Shown piece by piece: positions 18,148 to 28,967 of a stretch of 64,000 nt of DNA. The notes under the pieces are model-generated. The model was given only the letters and a program-made list of their open reading frames with translations. It did no database searches and was not told where the DNA came from. A program made the translations under genes and the position numbers. Source of the stretch: an uncultured bacterium (GTDB lineage Bacteria; Krumholzibacteriota; Krumholzibacteriia; LZORAL124-64-63); the NCBI GenBank assembly GCA_963727525.1, contig CAVSGO010000007.1:352001-416000 (forward strand). Direction: 5' to 3'. Position 1 is the first letter of the stretch, and each line of letters begins with the position of its first letter.

Positions 18148-19374
18148 TCAGACCGCGCCCGGCCCACCCGCATGGGCGCGCTCCACGGTCTCGTAGTAGT
18201 CGATGATCTGCCGCACGTAGTTCCGTTTCTCCATGTACGAACCGGGGAAGAAGCTACGCTTGAAGCCGTAGATCACCAGATTCTTGAGCACATGAGGGTC
18301 GAGGGCGAATCCCTCGACGGCCAGCATGATTTCCTGCGTGACCGTGGTGTTGGACATCAGGCGATTGTCCGTGCACAGGGTGATCGACAGGCGGCGTTCG
18401 AGCATCCTGCGCAGCATGTGGTTGGCGACCGTACCGATGGAGGGATTCGTCTGCAGGTTGCTGGTCAGGCACACCTCGAGGGTAATGCGCCGGTCGGCGA
18501 TGTACTCGGCGAGATCGCGCACATAGGCCTCGCGATCGGCCACCTTGCCGCCCACGATCAGCTCGGCGCTGAACAGGTGGTAACCGTGTCCGATGCGGTC
18601 GGCGTGCAGGGCGGTGATGGCCTGGAAGATCGACTCCGGACCGTAGGCCTCGCCTGCGTGCACCGTCTTCTTGAGAAAGTGGCGGTGGGCATAGCGGTAG
18701 GCCTCCACGTGGTCGATGGCGGGGTAGCCATTCTCCTGGCCGGCCAGGTCGAAGCCGACGATGGGCACCCCATGCTCGTCGCGGATGCGCACGGCGGCGC
18801 GCGCCAGTTCGAGCGAGGCGAGCCCGGTGACCTGGTTGCGTGGCGATTCGCGGTGGACGGAGAGGATCTGCCCGAAGTACGGCGCTGAGGTCTCGGTGAA
18901 CATGCGCATGGCGCAGACGATGAGTCCGTAGTGGAAGGGCGGCTCGTGGCCGTCGCGCACGGCGGGCAGCCGGTCGTGCTCGGCCTTGGCGCGCCGCAGG
19001 CCGCGGTCCACCGCCTGGCAGACCGCGAGCATGTCGAGGTCGCCGTTCACGTGGAGCTGCGGGGCGAAGCGCACCTCGATGTACCGGACGCCCTCGGCGA
19101 GGTTGTCCAGCGCCAGTTCGTAGGCGGCGCGTTCGAGCGCCTCGGAGTCCTGGAGCACGGCAACGGTGTAGCGGAACCCCTCCAGGTACTCCGCGAGGCT
19201 GCCGTATCGGTCCTTGAACACGAGATCGCGCAAGCCCTCCGCCGAGGTCGCCGGTAGGGCGATCCCGCGCTCTCTGGCGAGCTCGATCAGCGTGGACAGG
19301 CGCAGCGACCCGTCGAGGTGGACGTGCAGGTCGGTCTTGGGCAAAGCCTTGACGAGGGACGCAGTGAGGGGCAC
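18148..19374 (-). CDS. add: Adenosine deaminase family protein
   Basis: LPKTDLHVHLDGS, YIEVRFAP, GFDLAG.E, TVHAGE, RIGHG, E.C.TSN, TDN; GTG start after AAGGAG. Confidence 0.9.
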   Translation of the reverse strand: MPLTASLVKALPKTDLHVHLDGSLRLSTLIELARERGIALPATSAEGLRDLVFKDRYGSLAEYLEGFRYTVAVLQDSEALERAAYELALDNLAEGVRYIEVRFAPQLHVNGDLDMLAVCQAVDRGLRRAKAEHDRLPAVRDGHEPPFHYGLIVCAMRMFTETSAPYFGQILSVHRESPRNQVTGLASLELARAAVRIRDEHGVPIVGFDLAGQENGYPAIDHVEAYRYAHRHFLKKTVHAGEAYGPESIFQAITALHADRIGHGYHLFSAELIVGGKVADREAYVRDLAEYIADRRITLEVCLTSNLQTNPSIGTVANHMLRRMLERRLSITLCTDNRLMSNTTVTQEIMLAVEGFALDPHVLKNLVIYGFKRSFFPGSYMEKRNYVRQIIDYYETVERAHAGGPGAV

Positions 19375-19549
19375 GGTCGATCTCCTTGCCGAGAGTCCTG
19401 AGAATCGTGGCATCAAGTTGCCACCGACGGGAACGGCGCGCAACCTTGCATTCGGTGGCGCCGGGTTGCGGTGGTGGCGAGTTCTGTCCATCTTACGGCG
19501 CTGCCTGCCAGGTGGAAGTCAGACCATGGACGCCAGTCCAGGGAGCCCC

Positions 19550-21364
<1,815 letters not shown>

Positions 21365-21479
21365 GCCCCGTGGGCGGCGTTTCGTCGCTGAAAATCGTCT
21401 TCACCATCCCTATTCCCACCGGCATTGCTCTGTGATATGATCACGACAATATGACGCGCTGTGATCAATTGGTGTTACG

Positions 21480-21499
21480 ATCGTGACACTTTCGTGACA
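21480..21499. promoter_or_regulatory. 11-bp-period direct repeat (PHO-box/OmpR-family-like operator), copy 1
   Basis: ATCGTGACACTTTCGTGACA (reverse complement TGTCACGAAAGTGTCACGAT); 18/20 identical to 55710-55729. Confidence 0.5.
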
Positions 21500-21566
21500 T
21501 TGCATGATCTCGCGCGCATTGGCACGTGAGCCACCACGCGGGTTGCGTCCGAAAGGGGAATCGCTC

Positions 21567-24500
21567 ATGAGAATGGTCAAGGCCATCACGCTCCTCACCT
21601 TGCTGGTTCTGGTCGGCCAGACGGCACTGGCGGGGACATTCTCTCCTGGACTGGAGAAACAGGTCCGGAACCTTCGCGGCAGCGACGAGATCAAGGTGCT
21701 CGTCGTCCTGCGCGACCAGGCGGACATCGCTACCCTGAACCACGACCTCCACGTCAGCAAGGCCACGCGGATGGTGCGGCACGCGACTGTCATGGGCGTG
21801 CTCCAGGATACCGCCGATCGTAGCCAGGGTGCGCTGCTGAGCGACCTCGCGGCGCACAAGGCGGCGGGCGGCATCGTCGGCTACACGCCGCACTGGCTTG
21901 TCAACGCGGTGGTGGTGCGCGGCACGGTCGACGCGCTGCGGGAGATCGCCGCGCGTGCCGACGTCGAGACCATCGAGCCCGACCTGCAGGTCGAGCTGAT
22001 CGAACCGATCCCCTCCGAGAAACCGCATCCTTCCAGCCCGCTACTGGGCATCGGCACCACGCCCGGCGTCCAGTCCATCAACGCGCCGCGCGTGTGGAAC
22101 GAGCTGGGCATCAACGGCACCGGCGTCATCGTGGGCGAGCTGGACACGGGTGTCGACGGCAACCACCCCGCGCTGGCCGCGCGCTGGCAGGGAAACTTCG
22201 CCGATCCGAGCACCGCGTGGTACGACGCTGCCAACCTCGGCGACCCCAGCTTTCCCGTCGATCGCCACTACCACGGCACGCACACGATGGGCACCGTCAC
22301 CGGTCTTGCGCCGGACGACACCATCGGCGTGGCTCCGGGGGCGCACTGGATCGCCACCAATTGCATCAACATGAGCACGGGCCCGGAATTCGACAACGCG
22401 GTCATCGCGTCGTTCGAGTTCATGGCCGACCCCGACGGCGACCCCAACACCACGGCTGACGTGCCCTGCGTCGTCCAGAATAGCTGGGGCGTCAACGAGG
22501 GCTTCACGGGCTATTTCGATTGCGACAGCCGCTGGTGGGCCGCCATCGACAACTGTGAGGCCGCCGGCGTGTGCGTGACCTGGTCGGCCGGTAACGAGGG
22601 GCCGGGCGGCACCTCGCTGCGTTCGCCCGCCGATCGCGCCGAGACGCCGTACAACTGCTTCAGCGTGGGCGCGACCATCACCACCGCCCCCTTCACCATC
22701 GCCGACTTCTCCAGCCGCGGTCCCAGCGGTTGCGGCGGCGCCTTCGCCACCAAGCCCGAGGTTTCCGCGCCCGGCGTGGACGTGTACAGCGCCGAGCCGG
22801 GCGGCGGCTACCAGTACCTCAGCGGTACGTCGATGGCGGGTCCGCACGTGGCCGGCATCGTGGCCCTGATGTGCTCGGCGAACCCCGACCTCGACGTCGA
22901 CACCATCAAGCAGGTGCTCATGGACACGGCCCACGACCTGGGCACGCCCGGTGAGGACAACACCTACGGCTGGGGCTTCGTCGACGCCTACGACGCCGTG
23001 CTGGCCGTGATCAGCGGCTACGGCCGTGCGCAGGGTGTCATCTCCGACGCCAGCACCGGCAATCCCATCGCCGGGGCCACCGTGAGCGTCGACGGCCGTC
23101 CGAACTTCACGACGACCCAGGCCGACGGCTCCTATTTCCTCATGCTCCCGGCCGATTCCTACACGTTCCGCGTCAACGCGTTCGGCTACGCCGAGGGCAC
23201 CATCAACGTGACCGTGCTCGCGGACGATGTCGTGGACGCCTCGGGCCAGCTCACCGCGCTGCCGTCGGCCATGATCTCGGGCCGCGTCTACGACTACACC
23301 GGCGCCCTCGTCCCCGGTGCGACGGTACGCGCCCTCGACACGCCGGTTCCCGCCGCCGTGGCCGATGGCAGCGGGTTCTACTCGCTGTCATTGCCGATCG
23401 GTGCGACCTACGACCTCGTGGGCCGTGCCGTTGGCTTCGGCGCGCAGCTGCAGACCGTCAACCTCACGGGCAACCTGACGCTCGACTTCACGCTGCCCGA
23501 GCTGACGGCCGAGGACTTCGAGACCGGCGACTTCCTGCAGTATCCGTGGGAGATGAGCGGGAACGCGCCGTGGGTCACGACCACGAACGATCCCTACGAG
23601 GGCACCTACTGCGCCATGAGCGGCGACATCAACGACAGCCAGTCCTCGACCATGTCCGTCACGGTCGACATCCTGGCGCCGCAGGATCTGACCTTCGCCT
23701 ACAAGGTGTCGTCCGAGGCCACCTACGACTTCCTGCGCTTCTTCGACAACGGCACCGAGATCGTGAACTGGTCGGGCACGGTGCCCTGGGCCGTGTACAC
23801 CTACGCGGCCACGGCGGGTATCCACACCTTCCAGTGGTCGTACACGAAGGACGGGAGCTTGTCGACCGGCGACGATGCCGGCTACGTCGACTTCATCGAG
23901 TTCCCGACGCTGGGCGAGGCGCAGCTGGTCATGGACACCAGCGGTTTCGACGTGACGGCGGCGCCGGGCTCGGTGGTGCAGCGGACGCTCGACATCGGCA
24001 ACGCCGGTGACGGTACCCTCACCTATCTGTTCACGACGCAGTACGATCCGCAGGGCGTGCCGGACCGTGTGGCGGACGTGCCCTTCCATGAGGTCGAGAA
24101 GGGCAAGGACGATCCCAACAGCGGCACGTCGCCCGTCGCGAACTTCGGCGGGCCGGACGGCTTCGGCTACTCCTGGATCGACTCCAACGAGCCGAACGGG
24201 CCGGTCTTCGACTGGGTCGACATCACCGGCGTCGGGACCAACCCGGGCGGCGGGGACGACAGCAACTACGGTCCGTTCAACCTGGGCTTCGACTTCCCGT
24301 TCTACGGCCAGGCCTACTCGTCGGTGCGCGTGTGCACCAACGGCTTTATCTCGTTCACCTCGACGGTGGCGACCTACACCAACCAGGCGATCCCGCTGAC
24401 GGACGAGCCGAACTGCCTGATCGCCCCGTTCTGGGACGATCTCAACCTGAACAACGCCGGCACGATGTATTACTACGCGGACACGGCGAACTCACGCTTC

Positions 24501-25220
24501 ATCGTGGAATGGGCGGGCGTGGATCACTACAACCCCATCGGCAATCCGGAGACCTTCGAGGTCATCCTCAACGCCGACGGGTCGATCGTCTACCAGTACG
24601 CCACGGTGGCGGTCGGCAATAGCTGCACGATCGGCATCGAGAACGCCGACGGCACCGACGGTCTGCAGGCGGTGTACAACGCGGATTACGTCACCAGCGG
24701 CATGGCGATCCGCTTCGCGGTGGATCCCACGCTGCGCTGGCTGAGCGTGAGTCCGGTGTCCGGCAGTGTTCCGGCCGGCGGCTCGACCCAGGTCACCCTC
24801 CAGTTCGATGCGACGGAACTGCCGGTGGGTGTGTACTCGGCGAACCTGCTGGTGGGAACCAATGACCAGGCCAACCGGCTCGTGACGCTTCCCGTCACGT
24901 TCTCCGTCGGCGACGCGACGGCGGTCACCGACGCATTGCCGCGCAGCCTGGTGTTCTCCGGCGCCGCGCCGAACCCGTTCAATCCCATGACTAGCCTCAA
25001 GTTCGCGTTGCCGCACAGCGCGCACGTGGATCTGAGGATCTACGACATCAGCGGCCGGCTGGTGCGCTCGCTCGTGAGCGACGTGCGGCCGGCGGGCGAC
25101 AACGAGGTGCAGTGGAACGGCACCGACGCGGCCGGTCGCGGCGTGGCGTCGGGCACGTACTACGCGCGCCTGACCTACGAGGGCACGGTGGCGACCCGGT
25201 CGCTCGTACTCGTGCGCTAG
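21567..25220 (+). CDS. Secreted S8 subtilisin-like (bacillopeptidase F-like) serine protease with carboxypeptidase-regulatory-like domains and FlgD-Ig CTD
   Basis: Catalytic motifs LDTG, HGTHTMG, GTSMAGPHVAG; SAGNEG; C-terminal PNPFNP...WNGTD.AGR.VASGTY...LVR. Confidence 0.92.
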   Translation: MRMVKAITLLTLLVLVGQTALAGTFSPGLEKQVRNLRGSDEIKVLVVLRDQADIATLNHDLHVSKATRMVRHATVMGVLQDTADRSQGALLSDLAAHKAAGGIVGYTPHWLVNAVVVRGTVDALREIAARADVETIEPDLQVELIEPIPSEKPHPSSPLLGIGTTPGVQSINAPRVWNELGINGTGVIVGELDTGVDGNHPALAARWQGNFADPSTAWYDAANLGDPSFPVDRHYHGTHTMGTVTGLAPDDTIGVAPGAHWIATNCINMSTGPEFDNAVIASFEFMADPDGDPNTTADVPCVVQNSWGVNEGFTGYFDCDSRWWAAIDNCEAAGVCVTWSAGNEGPGGTSLRSPADRAETPYNCFSVGATITTAPFTIADFSSRGPSGCGGAFATKPEVSAPGVDVYSAEPGGGYQYLSGTSMAGPHVAGIVALMCSANPDLDVDTIKQVLMDTAHDLGTPGEDNTYGWGFVDAYDAVLAVISGYGRAQGVISDASTGNPIAGATVSVDGRPNFTTTQADGSYFLMLPADSYTFRVNAFGYAEGTINVTVLADDVVDASGQLTALPSAMISGRVYDYTGALVPGATVRALDTPVPAAVADGSGFYSLSLPIGATYDLVGRAVGFGAQLQTVNLTGNLTLDFTLPELTAEDFETGDFLQYPWEMSGNAPWVTTTNDPYEGTYCAMSGDINDSQSSTMSVTVDILAPQDLTFAYKVSSEATYDFLRFFDNGTEIVNWSGTVPWAVYTYAATAGIHTFQWSYTKDGSLSTGDDAGYVDFIEFPTLGEAQLVMDTSGFDVTAAPGSVVQRTLDIGNAGDGTLTYLFTTQYDPQGVPDRVADVPFHEVEKGKDDPNSGTSPVANFGGPDGFGYSWIDSNEPNGPVFDWVDITGVGTNPGGGDDSNYGPFNLGFDFPFYGQAYSSVRVCTNGFISFTSTVATYTNQAIPLTDEPNCLIAPFWDDLNLNNAGTMYYYADTANSRFIVEWAGVDHYNPIGNPETFEVILNADGSIVYQYATVAVGNSCTIGIENADGTDGLQAVYNADYVTSGMAIRFAVDPTLRWLSVSPVSGSVPAGGSTQVTLQFDATELPVGVYSANLLVGTNDQANRLVTLPVTFSVGDATAVTDALPRSLVFSGAAPNPFNPMTSLKFALPHSAHVDLRIYDISGRLVRSLVSDVRPAGDNEVQWNGTDAAGRGVASGTYYARLTYEGTVATRSLVLVR

Positions 25221-25248
25221 TCGCACCGATCCTGTCTCCTCTCACGCG

Positions 25249-25280
25249 GCGGCCCCCGGGACATACCGGGGGCCGCTTTC
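25249..25280 (+). terminator. Intrinsic terminator
   Basis: GCGGCCCCCGG / CCGGGGGCCGC stem followed by TTTC. Confidence 0.6.
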
Positions 25281-25385
25281 TCGCCGCCAAGTCGCGCGGG
25301 CGGTGCAACTTCGGCGATCCTGTCGACGTATGCACGGTTCGTCGTCGCTCTCGGCACACGGAAACCGGAAACTGGAAGGACTCCC

Positions 25386-28300
25386 ATGCGTCGCGTTCAT
25401 GTTCTCGAATGGCGTTGGTCGCTACCGCTGGCCGCGCTCCTCGCCTTGCTGGTCTCCGCTGCCCACGCGGCCCCCGCCTACATCATGCAACCCGATCTGC
25501 AGGGCGACCGGCTCGTGTTCTGCGCCGAGTCGGACCTGTGGACCAGCACCGTCGAGGGGCGCGACGTGCGGCGCCTCACGACGCACGACGGCAACGAGTA
25601 CTTCCCCGCCTTCTCGCCCGACGGCTCGCGCATCGCGTTCACGGGCGAGTACGACGGTAACCGCGACGTCTACGTGATCCCCGCCGACGGCGGCGAGCCG
25701 CAGCGCCTCACCTGGCACCCCGGTTCCGACGAGGTGATCGGCTGGTGGCCCGACGGCAGCAAGATCATCTTCCGCAGCCAGCGCAGCGATCCCCTGCACA
25801 CCTGGCACCTGTTCACGGTGGCCGTGGCCGGGGGCGACCCGCAGGAACTGCCGCTGGGCTGGGCGAGCCGGCTCGACGTCGACCCGGCCACCGGGCGCTG
25901 GGCCTTCAACCGCAAGGACCGCGAGCGCGCCACCTGGAAGCGCTACCGTGGCGGCACGGCGGCCAACATCTGGGTGGGCGATCCCGGGCGCGCCGACTTC
26001 AAGCAGGTCACCGACTTCGCCGGCGGTGAGAACTTCCCAATGTGGCACGACGGCAAGATCGTCTTCCTGTGCGATCAGGGCGGCACGGCCGACCTGTGGC
26101 GCATCGCGGCCGACGGTTCGGGCCGTGAGCAGCTCACACACTACACCGACTGGGACATCTGCTGGCCGTCGATGGCGCCCGATGGGCGCGTGGTCTACAC
26201 GGTGGCGGCCGACGTCTACCTCTGGGACCCCGCCACGGGGAAGGACCACAAGATCGCCATCGACCTGCCGAGCGATCGCACGCTCACCCGCACGCGCTAC
26301 CCCAACCCCGACCAGTCGCTCACCGAGTTCGCCCTGGCGCCCGATGGCGAACGTCTGGCCGTCGTCACGCGCGGCGAGGTGTATTCCGTGGCCGTGGAGA
26401 AGGGCATCACCCTGCCGCTGACCCGGGGCACGGGCGCGCGGGAACGCGCGGTGGCCTTCGATCCCAAGGGGGAGAAGGTCGTCTACTTCACCGACGCCAC
26501 GCACGAGGAGGAGATCCGCACGCTCGACGCCTGGGGCCGCGGCGAGGCCGCGACGGTGCGCAAGATCGCGCCGGGGCCGTGGACCTACCAGCCGCTGTGG
26601 TCGCCCGACGGACAGTGGCTGGCCTGGGGCGATAGCGACTACCGCCTGTGGCTGATGCCCGCCAAGGGCGGCGACCCACGCGAGATCGACCGCGGCACCG
26701 AGGACGAGATCCGGCAGTACGCCTGGAGCCCCGATGGCCGCTGGCTCGCGTACACGAAGACGCTGCCGAACCAGTTCCAGACCATCTTCCTCTACGACAC
26801 GCAGAAGAAGTCGATCACGGCGGTGACCTCGCCCTACACGCAGGACTACTCGCCGGCCTGGGATCCCGACGGACGCTACCTCTACTTCGTCTCCTCGCGC
26901 GGCACGAATCCGCTGCTCGGTCAGACCGACTGGGACAACATCGAGGCCAAGAGCGACATGCTCTACCTGGTGCTGCTGCGCAAGGACGTCGACGATCCCC
27001 TGCAGGATCGCAATGGCCTGCCGCCGGTGGACGACGCGAAGAAGAAGGACGACAAGAAGAAGGACGACGACAAGAAGGCGGACGCTGCCGATGCGCCGCC
27101 CGAGCCGGTGGCGATCGATCTCGACGGCCTCGCCGACCGCGTGGTCGAGCTGCCGGTGCCGCGCGGCAACTACTACGGGCTGGCGGCCACGAGCACGCAT
27201 CTGTTCTACCTGGCCGGAACGCTGAAGGGTATGTCCGAGCAGCCGGGTCTGTTCGAGGAGGGCGGTCCCGACGGCACGCTCATGAGCTTCAGCCTCGACG
27301 ACCGCGAGGCCAAGCCCTTCGTCGAGGGCATGAGCAGCTACGACCTGCAGGCCAAGGCCGGCAAGGTGGCCGTGCAGAAGAAGCCGGGGGAGATCTACGT
27401 CGTCGACGCGGGTGCGCCTCCGGGTGGCGATCTCGGCGAGCGCAAGGTCGACCTCGGTAACGTGGTCGTGGAGCTGGACCCGCGCGAGGAGTGGGAGCAG
27501 GAGTACTGGGAGGCGTGGCGGCAGATGCGCGCCTTCTACTGGGATCCCAAGATGTCGGGCCTCGACTGGCCGGCCATCGGCAAGCAGTACGCCACGCTGC
27601 TGCCGCGCGTGGCCAGCCGCGCCGACCTGGGCGATCTCATCGGCCAGCTCTTCGGCGAGGTGAACACCAGCCACAGCTACGTGTGGGGCGGCGATCCCGG
27701 CGTGCACGTGGCCCACGTGGGCACGGGCCTGCTCGGCTGCGACCTCGTGCGCGAGGGCGACGCCTACAAGGTCACCCGGATCTACCGCGGCGATGCCGCC
27801 GACCGCGTGCGCTCGCCCCTCGACGAACCCGGCGTGGGCGTGAAGGAGGGACAGTACATCCTCGCGGTCGGTCGCGTCTCCACCGCGGGGGCGCCCTCCT
27901 TCCACGCCCTGCTCGCCAACCATGCCGGCAAGGAGATCCTGCTCACGGTGAACGACAAGCCCAGCCGCGAGGGCGCGCGCGACGTGCTCGTCACGCCTCT
28001 GCGCGGCGACAGCGATCTGCGCTACGCCGACTGGGTGCGCCGCAACCGCGAGTACGTGGCCGAGAAGACCGGCGGCAAGATCGGCTACCTCCACGTGCCT
28101 GACATGTGGACCGACGGTCTCGTGGCCTTCAACCGCTGGTTCTATCCGCAGCTCGACAAGGAGGGCCTCATCGTCGACGTGCGCTGGAACGGCGGCGGCG
28201 CCGTGAGCCAGATGCTCGTGGAGCGCCTGCAGCGCAAGCTGCTGAGCTTCGACCTCGCCCGTGGCGGGGCGATCAACACCTACCCGGCGCGCGTGCTCAA

Positions 28301-28703
28301 CGGTCCGTTCGTGGTGCTGACCAACGAGTTCGCCGGCAGCGACGGCGACATCTTCCCGCAAGCCGTCCAGATCGCCCACCTGGCGCCGGTGATCGGCATG
28401 CGCTCCTGGGGCGGCGTGATCGGCATCTCCGGCGTGCGGCCCCTGCAGGACGGCGGCATCGTCACCAACCCGGTGTCGGCCTGGTGGGACTTCAAGGACG
28501 GCTGGAACCTCGAGAACCGCGGCGTGATCCCCGACATCGAGGTGCAGAATCTGCCGCAGGACCTCGCGCGGGGCGTGGACACGCAGCTCGATCGCGGCAT
28601 CGCGGAGGTCATGAAGCTGCACGCCGAGCATCCGCCGCTGAAGCCGGGGTTCGGGAAGATCCGGGATCGCAGCCGGAGGGGGTTCGCTGGCGAGATCCGT
28701 TGA
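25386..28703 (+). CDS. Tricorn protease homolog (S41 family; PD40 propellers, PDZ)
   Basis: WSPDG repeats, WKRYRGG, IGYLHVPDM, DVRWNGGG, AGSDGD, G.RSWGG. Confidence 0.95.
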   Translation: MRRVHVLEWRWSLPLAALLALLVSAAHAAPAYIMQPDLQGDRLVFCAESDLWTSTVEGRDVRRLTTHDGNEYFPAFSPDGSRIAFTGEYDGNRDVYVIPADGGEPQRLTWHPGSDEVIGWWPDGSKIIFRSQRSDPLHTWHLFTVAVAGGDPQELPLGWASRLDVDPATGRWAFNRKDRERATWKRYRGGTAANIWVGDPGRADFKQVTDFAGGENFPMWHDGKIVFLCDQGGTADLWRIAADGSGREQLTHYTDWDICWPSMAPDGRVVYTVAADVYLWDPATGKDHKIAIDLPSDRTLTRTRYPNPDQSLTEFALAPDGERLAVVTRGEVYSVAVEKGITLPLTRGTGARERAVAFDPKGEKVVYFTDATHEEEIRTLDAWGRGEAATVRKIAPGPWTYQPLWSPDGQWLAWGDSDYRLWLMPAKGGDPREIDRGTEDEIRQYAWSPDGRWLAYTKTLPNQFQTIFLYDTQKKSITAVTSPYTQDYSPAWDPDGRYLYFVSSRGTNPLLGQTDWDNIEAKSDMLYLVLLRKDVDDPLQDRNGLPPVDDAKKKDDKKKDDDKKADAADAPPEPVAIDLDGLADRVVELPVPRGNYYGLAATSTHLFYLAGTLKGMSEQPGLFEEGGPDGTLMSFSLDDREAKPFVEGMSSYDLQAKAGKVAVQKKPGEIYVVDAGAPPGGDLGERKVDLGNVVVELDPREEWEQEYWEAWRQMRAFYWDPKMSGLDWPAIGKQYATLLPRVASRADLGDLIGQLFGEVNTSHSYVWGGDPGVHVAHVGTGLLGCDLVREGDAYKVTRIYRGDAADRVRSPLDEPGVGVKEGQYILAVGRVSTAGAPSFHALLANHAGKEILLTVNDKPSREGARDVLVTPLRGDSDLRYADWVRRNREYVAEKTGGKIGYLHVPDMWTDGLVAFNRWFYPQLDKEGLIVDVRWNGGGAVSQMLVERLQRKLLSFDLARGGAINTYPARVLNGPFVVLTNEFAGSDGDIFPQAVQIAHLAPVIGMRSWGGVIGISGVRPLQDGGIVTNPVSAWWDFKDGWNLENRGVIPDIEVQNLPQDLARGVDTQLDRGIAEVMKLHAEHPPLKPGFGKIRDRSRRGFAGEIR

Positions 28704-28885
28704 GCGCTGGCTGACAGACCGGGTGATAGGAACATCCCGGGGAGCTCGGTCCTCGCAAAGCCTGCGGAGACGCTCCCCGGGATGTTCCTATCACCCGGTC
28801 TGTCAGGGAGCGTCAGGGGATCGCAGGTGAACGCGGAGGGGGGGTGGGGAGGAGGGTGGTCACGGGACCAGTGGTGCCGGCGCCA
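28701..28885. repeat. Structured palindromic element, copy 1
   Basis: Perfect 35-bp inverted repeat 28711-28745/28772-28806 with a 26-nt loop, plus downstream GTGGTC..GAC.AGTGGTGCCGGC.CCA; homologous to 31107-31292. Confidence 0.85.
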
Positions 28886-28967
28886 GGGGTGGGGTTGATC
28901 GGGGGGCAGGGAATCCGGACATTGAGGGAGGGGCGGCACCGGGGGCGAGAGGGCGAGGGAGAAGGCC

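Noticed and set aside
27030-27095. AAGAAGAAGGACGAC repeats in the tricorn gene
   Set aside because: They encode an ordinary Lys/Asp low-complexity linker
25422-28631. Very long antisense ORFs (also 5263-7974, 12311-14224, 50169-53969, 55655-57553, 60535-62541)
   Set aside because: Shadow frames of well-supported genes in high-GC DNA; Arg/Ala/Gly-rich with no motifs
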